Part shown: positions 58,199 to 64,000 of the stretch, piece after piece | Numbering within the stretch: the first letter of the stretch is position 1 | Layout: every line of letters begins with the position of its first letter | DNA from: Dehalococcoidia bacterium | Lineage (GTDB): Bacteria; Chloroflexota; Dehalococcoidia; Plut-88900 | Length of the DNA: 64,000 bases | Direction: 5' to 3' | Assembly: GCA_965197585.1 (NCBI GenBank) | Contig: OZ240215.1 | Coordinates: forward strand, 832,001-896,000 | The notes under the pieces: generated by a model | What the model was told of the DNA's origin: nothing | Databases searched by the model: none | What the model saw: only the letters and a program-made list of their open reading frames with translations | Position numbers and translations under genes: made by a program

Positions 58199-59035
58199 AT
58201 GCTTGAAATCAACATGGACCCCCTCCTGATTGGTGGGTTGTCCTGGCACGGGATTTTCACGGCCCTGGGGGTGGCATTTGCGGTATTCGGCACGACGAGG
58301 CTTGCGCGGGACAGGGGCATGGACCCCCAGGTCATCTATTCCTGCGCAGCGTGGGCGGTGCCGGGAGGGGTGGTGGGGGCTCGGCTGGTCCACGTATTTG
58401 ACAACTGGTCCTATTACATAAACGACCCGGTAAAGATATTCACCATCTGGAATGGCGGTGTGGGGCTGTGGGGCGCTTTGCTCGGTGGGACGATTACCGG
58501 CGTCACCTGGGCTATTTTGAACAAGCAGTCCGTGGGCAAAATCGCCGACATTACTGCTCCCATGATGCTGGTCGCTCAGACTATTGGCCGGGTGGGGGAC
58601 GTGATCAATGGAGAACACTTCAGCACCCGGACGAGCCTGCCGTGGGGCTGGGTCCACACCCACGCCAACTGGCCGGGCCTCAATACGGGCCGACCGGCGA
58701 TTCCCGTATCCGAGAGCGGAGCGGAGATAGCATATCACCCCTCCGTTGCCTACGAGATGGTGGGCGACGTACTGCTGTTCTTTGTCATCATGCGGCTCAT
58801 CGGTCGAGTCAAGCCCGACGGTATGGTGATGCTCATCTATCTCGGGACATATGCGGCTATAAGGTTCGCTGTGCAGTTCACTCGGGACGATCCGGGGAGA
58901 ATAGGGTCTTTGCATCAGGCGCATGTAATATCTCTGCTAACGATGGTAGCGGTCTTGGCAGTCGGGGCATTTCTGCTGGTGCGCCAGCGTTCTGAAGGGC
59001 CCCGTGCCCCGAGCCCGCCATTGAAGAGCGCATGA
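58199..59035 (+). CDS. lgt: Prolipoprotein diacylglyceryl transferase
   Basis: GARLVHV, IWNGG, GRVGDVINGE and HPSVAYE motifs. Confidence 0.85.
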   Translation: MLEINMDPLLIGGLSWHGIFTALGVAFAVFGTTRLARDRGMDPQVIYSCAAWAVPGGVVGARLVHVFDNWSYYINDPVKIFTIWNGGVGLWGALLGGTITGVTWAILNKQSVGKIADITAPMMLVAQTIGRVGDVINGEHFSTRTSLPWGWVHTHANWPGLNTGRPAIPVSESGAEIAYHPSVAYEMVGDVLLFFVIMRLIGRVKPDGMVMLIYLGTYAAIRFAVQFTRDDPGRIGSLHQAHVISLLTMVAVLAVGAFLLVRQRSEGPRAPSPPLKSA

Positions 59036-59158
59036 TGAGATGGGCAACTTTTGCTAGAGTAATTCGTTAAATGGTGTGAGGGACTTGTTGCCCGAATCGG
59101 TCTTTTGTTGACATACTATGAGTAACGGTTACAGGACAGGAGAGGAGCCGATAGCGCT

Positions 59159-59974
59159 ATGGTGAATCCCGGCACAGGAACGCAGCAGACCGCACCGAGT
59201 GGCCTGGCGAGAATCGGGTTCTCGCCGGCGCCGTTTATGCATGCAGTAGCGTTCGTGGCCGGATTCTCGCTGGTGTTCACGGGGCTTGGGGCGCTTTTGG
59301 GGTCCCTGGGGACGGGGAGTTGGCGGGACTGGCTGGAGATCGGGGCGGGAACGTTACTGATTATCCTGGGATTCCACCTGAGCGGGGTTGTGCGGTTCGG
59401 CCCGCTAACCAGCATTCTGTACCGGCAGAGAGGAATCGGGATCGGGGCGGGCGACAAGCCGAACCTCATGAGGTCTGCGGTGGTCGGGGCGGCGTTTGCC
59501 ATAGGATGGACGCCGTGCGTGGGCCCGATCCTGGCGGGGATACTGTCCCTGACACTTGAGGGTTCGATAGGTCAGGGTGCGGTGCTGATGTTCGCGTACT
59601 CCCTGGGCCTGGGACTGCCATTCCTGTTGGTAGGGGCCTTCATAGGCGTTGCCAAGCGATGGCTGAAGAAGGTTAATCCGTACCTCGAATTCATCGAGCT
59701 CATAAGCGGACTGTTGCTGGTGTTGATTGGAGCGCTCATTGTGACCGGCTCCCTGCAACAGCTGAATTCCTACTTCACGTTCATACCCGAAGTAACGGGC
59801 AGCAGCGAAGTCACGGGGATGGGTGGGGCGTCGATAGTCATAGCGTTTGCGGGCGGAATACTGTCGTTCCTGTCGCCGTGCATCCTGCCTCTGGTGCCGA
59901 TCTGGCTGGGATACATGGGAGGCTCGGTGCTGGACCGCCGGACCCCGAGCATCCAGCCCGCTCCGGCTGCCTAA
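59159..59974 (+). CDS. ccdA: Cytochrome c biogenesis protein CcdA, circularly permuted
   Basis: Both motifs (FAIGWTPCVGP and GILSFLSPCILPLVP) present but in reversed order. Confidence 0.85.
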   Translation: MVNPGTGTQQTAPSGLARIGFSPAPFMHAVAFVAGFSLVFTGLGALLGSLGTGSWRDWLEIGAGTLLIILGFHLSGVVRFGPLTSILYRQRGIGIGAGDKPNLMRSAVVGAAFAIGWTPCVGPILAGILSLTLEGSIGQGAVLMFAYSLGLGLPFLLVGAFIGVAKRWLKKVNPYLEFIELISGLLLVLIGALIVTGSLQQLNSYFTFIPEVTGSSEVTGMGGASIVIAFAGGILSFLSPCILPLVPIWLGYMGGSVLDRRTPSIQPAPAA

Positions 59975-59991
59975 AGCCCACCGACGGGTCC

Positions 59992-61710
59992 CTAGTACGG
60001 TCTTTGCCGACTGGATGCAGGTGTGCTCTGCCCGGCAGGCGCGAAATCGACCAGCTCAAGCTCTAGCCGCTCTCTACCTTTCCAACGGTTGGTCTTGATG
60101 TGATAGACCGCGTCGATCGGGCCGGTCAGTTCACCGAGTCGGTGGCCCATTTTGAAGGCGACTGCATTCCAGACCGACGCCCCATCCTGCAGGGACATCC
60201 TCAAGTGAGACGCGTCGGCGCCCATGGTGCGTACCCCGAGGGGCTTAAGCCTCTTGGAAAGGAACATGGGTCGGGGATTTCCCTGGCCCACGGGTTCCAG
60301 AAGCTGGATGAACTTGAGCAGCCGAGCCTCGATCTGGGTGAGAGGCATGACGACGTCGATCTTGATGGAGGGTTGAAGGTCGAGGTCGCCGAGCCTCTCG
60401 GCGGCGATCTCGGTAAGCCGACCCTTGAGCTCTTCGAGATTTTCGTTGGCGATGACGAAACCGGCGGCCTGGGAGTGACCGCCGTGGCGAATGAACAGGT
60501 CGGTACACTGCTGGAGGGCTGCGGTGATGTCGAACTCGGGGATGGAACGGCAGGAAGCGCGTGAGATCTCGGGCCCGGTGGACAGCACGACCGCCGGTTT
60601 GTAATGCTCTTCGCTGAGCTTACCGGCGACCAGCCCCACGACGCCTGGCTCGAAACCCGGGCCCCCGGCGATGATGATGGGACCAGAAACGGGTGAGTCG
60701 CCAACCTGAGTCTGGGCCTTCGCGAAGGCGTCCTCGGTGTGGCTGCGGCGCTGCCGGTTGCGGGTGTTCAGCTCCTCTGCCAGGGGCTGGGCCTCGGCGG
60801 AGGAGGTAGCCGTGAGAAGACGGTAGCTGGTGATGGCGTGGTCCACCCTGCCTGCAGCGTTGATCCTGGGGGCTAATGTGAAAGAGATGGACTCGGCGTC
60901 CAGGTTACCGGGGTCCACGCCCGCCCGGGACATTAGCTCCCTGAGGCCGGGGCGCTCGGCCCTGTTCAGGACTTCGAGACCGCGTTTTACGAGATTGCGG
61001 TTGTCATCGACCAGCGGCGCCATGTCGGCCACGGATCCTAAGGCGACGAGGTCCAGCAGGCTCTCGTCCTCATCGTGACCTAGATGGGCCCGGAGAGTTT
61101 GAATTATCCTGTAGGCCAAGCCGACGGCCGCCAACTCCCGGAATGGATATTCAGAGTCCTGGCGTTTGGCGTCGATTACTGCGAGGGCGGGGGGGAGGTC
61201 GGGTGGGGGGGTGTGGTGGTCGGTGACGACGACGTCGATGCCCATTTCGTTGGCGAGATTTATCTCATCGAGAGAGCTGACGCCGCAGTCGGCGGTAATG
61301 ATCAGGCCGACGCCCAGGCCGCCGAATTTTTCGAGTCCCTGAACGCTGAGCCCATGTCCTTCCTCCGTTCTATGAGGAATATAGGGAGTGGTGCGGGCTC
61401 CGAGGCCTGTCAAGCCGTTATTCAGCAGGGCCGTTGCGGTTACACCGTCGGCGTCGAAGTCGCCGTAGACTGCGATGAGCTCGCGCTTCTGGATGGCCGC
61501 GGCGATGCGCTCGATAGCCGTTGCGATGTCAGGGAGTAGGTTGGGGTCGGGGAGGGGACGCTGCTCGATGGAGAGGAACTTCTTGATTAGTGAGAGGTCG
61601 GTGAGGCCGCGATTGTATGAAATCTGGGCGGTGGAGAGGGGGATGCCTCTGAGCCGTGACAGCGCGTCCCGGGGCACGGGGGGCGAAATGGCCCAGCGGA
61701 ATTTCGTCAT
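59992..61710 (-). CDS. recJ: ssDNA-specific exonuclease RecJ
   Basis: YGDFDADG, DCG, TDHH, PRINAAGR and GGHSQAAG motifs. Confidence 0.96.
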   Translation of the reverse strand: MTKFRWAISPPVPRDALSRLRGIPLSTAQISYNRGLTDLSLIKKFLSIEQRPLPDPNLLPDIATAIERIAAAIQKRELIAVYGDFDADGVTATALLNNGLTGLGARTTPYIPHRTEEGHGLSVQGLEKFGGLGVGLIITADCGVSSLDEINLANEMGIDVVVTDHHTPPPDLPPALAVIDAKRQDSEYPFRELAAVGLAYRIIQTLRAHLGHDEDESLLDLVALGSVADMAPLVDDNRNLVKRGLEVLNRAERPGLRELMSRAGVDPGNLDAESISFTLAPRINAAGRVDHAITSYRLLTATSSAEAQPLAEELNTRNRQRRSHTEDAFAKAQTQVGDSPVSGPIIIAGGPGFEPGVVGLVAGKLSEEHYKPAVVLSTGPEISRASCRSIPEFDITAALQQCTDLFIRHGGHSQAAGFVIANENLEELKGRLTEIAAERLGDLDLQPSIKIDVVMPLTQIEARLLKFIQLLEPVGQGNPRPMFLSKRLKPLGVRTMGADASHLRMSLQDGASVWNAVAFKMGHRLGELTGPIDAVYHIKTNRWKGRERLELELVDFAPAGQSTPASSRQRPY

Positions 61711-61729
61711 TCCGGGCAGGAGGAAAGGA

Positions 61730-62419
61730 TCACCAGAGGGATAGTCCGCTGCGGTCCAGCTCTTCGTTGTAATCGTTGGCGAGGGTGAAGGCGCGGATAG
61801 TGAGGTATACCCAGGCGGTAATCCCGATGGTAACGAAGACGTATGTGTATTGCAGGTTGGACCAGACCATATACGTGGTTAGCGTAATGGCGATCCCGGG
61901 CAGGATGAATCTACGGCCGCGGAGGGGGTCTGACTCCCCGGTCGGGTAGGCAAGGAAGATGAGGGCGGCCCAGGCCGGTACACCTAGGGCGTAGAAGATC
62001 GGGCCTTCTCCGATGAAGGTCAAGAGCACAAAAATACCCCAGACGATGGAGCCCGCAATCATCAGTGATAGGCCGGTGATAACCTTTCCAACATAGATGT
62101 GCCCTACTCCCCAGATTCCGATCATGCTGCAGAGGGAGGCCAGCATGGCGGCGGTGTCGGGGTCCTTGCGGGGAAGAGGGGGAAGGTCTTCTTCACGGAG
62201 CTCGGCTTCGGGCGGGGGCCAGGTCAGCGGTCGGTAGCCATCCAGCCTGATGATGCCGTGGCCGTTTCTGATTACATCAGGGTCAACGCTGTGGAGGAGC
62301 GAGTCGGGAATCGGGCCCCAGGAGTGTCCGCCGCAGCCACGGCACTGGGTTTCCCTAATGGCGGCGATAACCGAGCAGTGCCGGCAGACCTTGGAGTCTA
62401 CAACCGGGTTATACGGCAT
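61730..62419 (-). CDS. Hypothetical membrane protein (N-terminal CxxC pair, TM2-like segment)
   Basis: CRHC...CRGC; KDPDTAAML...GVGHIYVG. Confidence 0.65.
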   Translation of the reverse strand: MPYNPVVDSKVCRHCSVIAAIRETQCRGCGGHSWGPIPDSLLHSVDPDVIRNGHGIIRLDGYRPLTWPPPEAELREEDLPPLPRKDPDTAAMLASLCSMIGIWGVGHIYVGKVITGLSLMIAGSIVWGIFVLLTFIGEGPIFYALGVPAWAALIFLAYPTGESDPLRGRRFILPGIAITLTTYMVWSNLQYTYVFVTIGITAWVYLTIRAFTLANDYNEELDRSGLSLW

Positions 62420-62603
62420 GGGGCTTGCCTTCCGAAAGATCCCGACCAAGGCAAAAGGCACTATAAGTCGGGAAGAACCGATGCACTAACTCCGAGGCCA
62501 CACGGGTCACGATTAAGACCCTCCCATCAACTACCTGGCCGAAATATACGCGAACGGTACGATCGGGTGGTGTCGGGGCCCACCCCGGGTTGCAGTGAAC
62601 CGG

Positions 62604-62963
62604 CTACTTGTCTTTGGTCATTATCGACGTGAGAAAATCGCCGATAAATAAGTATCGGAACTCCCTGCCCTGATTGCACCGGAACGCGCCGTACATGGCG
62701 TAAAGGACGGCCAGTAACAGGATCAGTAGGAACCCAGGACCACTCACCATCTGGATCATAAGGGCCAGAAACACCATTAGCGCTTGGAAGATGAAGGCCT
62801 GCAGGGCCTGAAAGCCTACGTAATTAGAAGACTTTCTCTTGAATACCCAGATGGCCATAGTAATGACAATGGGGGGGCCTGGATATAACAGGTTAATTAG
62901 TAATGCAGAGTGGGCAAGAGCGGCCCACATGCGTTCGGAGGAGCTGATTTCGCCGGGTTGCAA
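62604..62963 (-). CDS. DUF4870-like membrane protein
   Basis: ERMWAALAH...QALQA...GREFRY..IG. Confidence 0.78.
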   Translation of the reverse strand: MQPGEISSSERMWAALAHSALLINLLYPGPPIVITMAIWVFKRKSSNYVGFQALQAFIFQALMVFLALMIQMVSGPGFLLILLLAVLYAMYGAFRCNQGREFRYLFIGDFLTSIMTKDK

Positions 62964-63198
62964 AGCAACTCACCTCGTAAGTTATGGGTAGGTATGGCCC
63001 TGTCAGACAGCCTGATTATAGCATACGCCGGGGGTTGGCCTTTTGGGAGAAGTAGCACCACACATCCCCGTCAGAGGAACAAGAATTATGGGTCATCACA
63101 AATGGCCTGCATTTTTGTTGGCCATTGGCTAAAGGAGCATGTAGAGGGACAGGGTTGATGGGTATTGGCGTTTAGGCGGCTGGGGAGAGATATGCCTA

Positions 63199-63250
63199 AA
63201 ATTCCTCGCGGAGCCTCGGAATTACAGCAAAAAATATCGGAATGACACGT
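63199..63250. repeat. REP-like element related to 20409-20435
   Basis: ATTCCTCGCGGAGCCTCGGAAT versus ATCCCTCGCGGGGCCTCGGGAT; also a CGGAATGACA tail. Confidence 0.55.
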
Positions 63251-63285
63251 AAACGGATGCAAGTAGGGGGGAGGGAGTGGGTCGG

Positions 63286-64000
63286 TCAGGCGGGGGGTTG
63301 GCGGAAGACGAGCACCGAGTTGTGGCCGCCGAACCCGAGAGAGTTGGAGAGTGCGACCTTTACCTCGCCGCGGCGGGGGATGTGGGGGGTGTAGTCCAGG
63401 TCGCAGTCGGGGTCGGGGTCTTCGAGGTTTATGGTGGGTGGGATTTCGCCTCGGTCTATGGCTAGTACGGTGATGGCGGCCTCAAGAGCGGCTGCCGCTC
63501 CGATGAGGTGGCCGGTCATGGACTTGGTAGAAGAGATTGGGATGCGGTAGGCCTCTTCCTGGAAGACTTTCTTGATGGCAAGGGTCTCGAACTTGTCGTT
63601 GAGGGGGGTGGAGGTGCCGTGGGCGTTGATGTAGTCGATATCGTCGGGTTGGACCTGGGCGTCTCCCAATGCCATCTTTATGGCTCGAATGCTGCCTTCA
63701 CCGCCCTCGGCGGGCGCGGTGAGATGGAAGGCGTCTCCGGAGGTGCCGTATCCAATGAGCTCGGCAAGTATGGTAGCCCCGCGCCCGACGGCGTGATCCA
63801 TATCCTCGATCATCAGCATTGCGGCGCCTTCGCCCATGACGAAGCCATCCCGGCCCGCGTCGAAGGGACGGCAAGCCTTCTGGGGTTCGTCGTTTCTCGT
63901 GGACAGGGCCCTGGCGGCGTTGAACCCAGCAACGGCGATGGGGGTGATGCTGGCCTCTGCGCCGCCGGTAATCATGGCCTTGGCCTTGCCGGCCTGGATC
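63286..64000 (-). CDS. fabF: Beta-ketoacyl-ACP synthase II (3' part)
   Basis: [28 protein letters not shown] and NSLGFGGHN motifs. Confidence 0.95.
   Translation of the reverse strand, partial: IQAGKAKAMITGGAEASITPIAVAGFNAARALSTRNDEPQKACRPFDAGRDGFVMGEGAAMLMIEDMDHAVGRGATILAELIGYGTSGDAFHLTAPAEGGEGSIRAIKMALGDAQVQPDDIDYINAHGTSTPLNDKFETLAIKKVFQEEAYRIPISSTKSMTGHLIGAAAALEAAITVLAIDRGEIPPTINLEDPDPDCDLDYTPHIPRRGEVKVALSNSLGFGGHNSVLVFRQPPA

Noticed and set aside
58199-59035. Lgt motif deviations (GLWGA, GRVGD) as a sign of novel function
   Set aside because: The core GR and HPxxxYE residues are retained, and the variation is plausible for a distant lineage.

Overview
GC-rich bacterial chromosomal window. 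The gene content (five luciferase-like monooxygenases, four amidohydrolases, family I and III CoA-transferases, several SDRs, TPP enzymes, comDE, xerD, uvrC, recJ, fabF) suggests Dehalococcoidia/SAR202-like Chloroflexota; this is inference from gene content only. About 60 CDSs, three type II toxin-antitoxin pairs, an orphan HNH nuclease, three disrupted genes and REP-like palindromes are present. I recognised no tRNA, rRNA or CRISPR array. The main unexplained signal is a non-coding element of about 0.8 kb found in two diverged, oppositely oriented copies (19184-19967 minus; 57241-58101 plus). The copies share a sigma70 promoter, 5' and 3' sequence blocks, a long-range closing helix of about 18 bp and a variable interior of repeated pseudoknot-like modules, so it is a candidate large structured ncRNA. 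Other notable items are a circularly permuted CcdA, twin SDRs with YxxxC instead of YxxxK, a possible ATC start for a DEAD-box helicase and an unannotated 46-aa basic ORF. All structures were paired by eye and no database searches were run.
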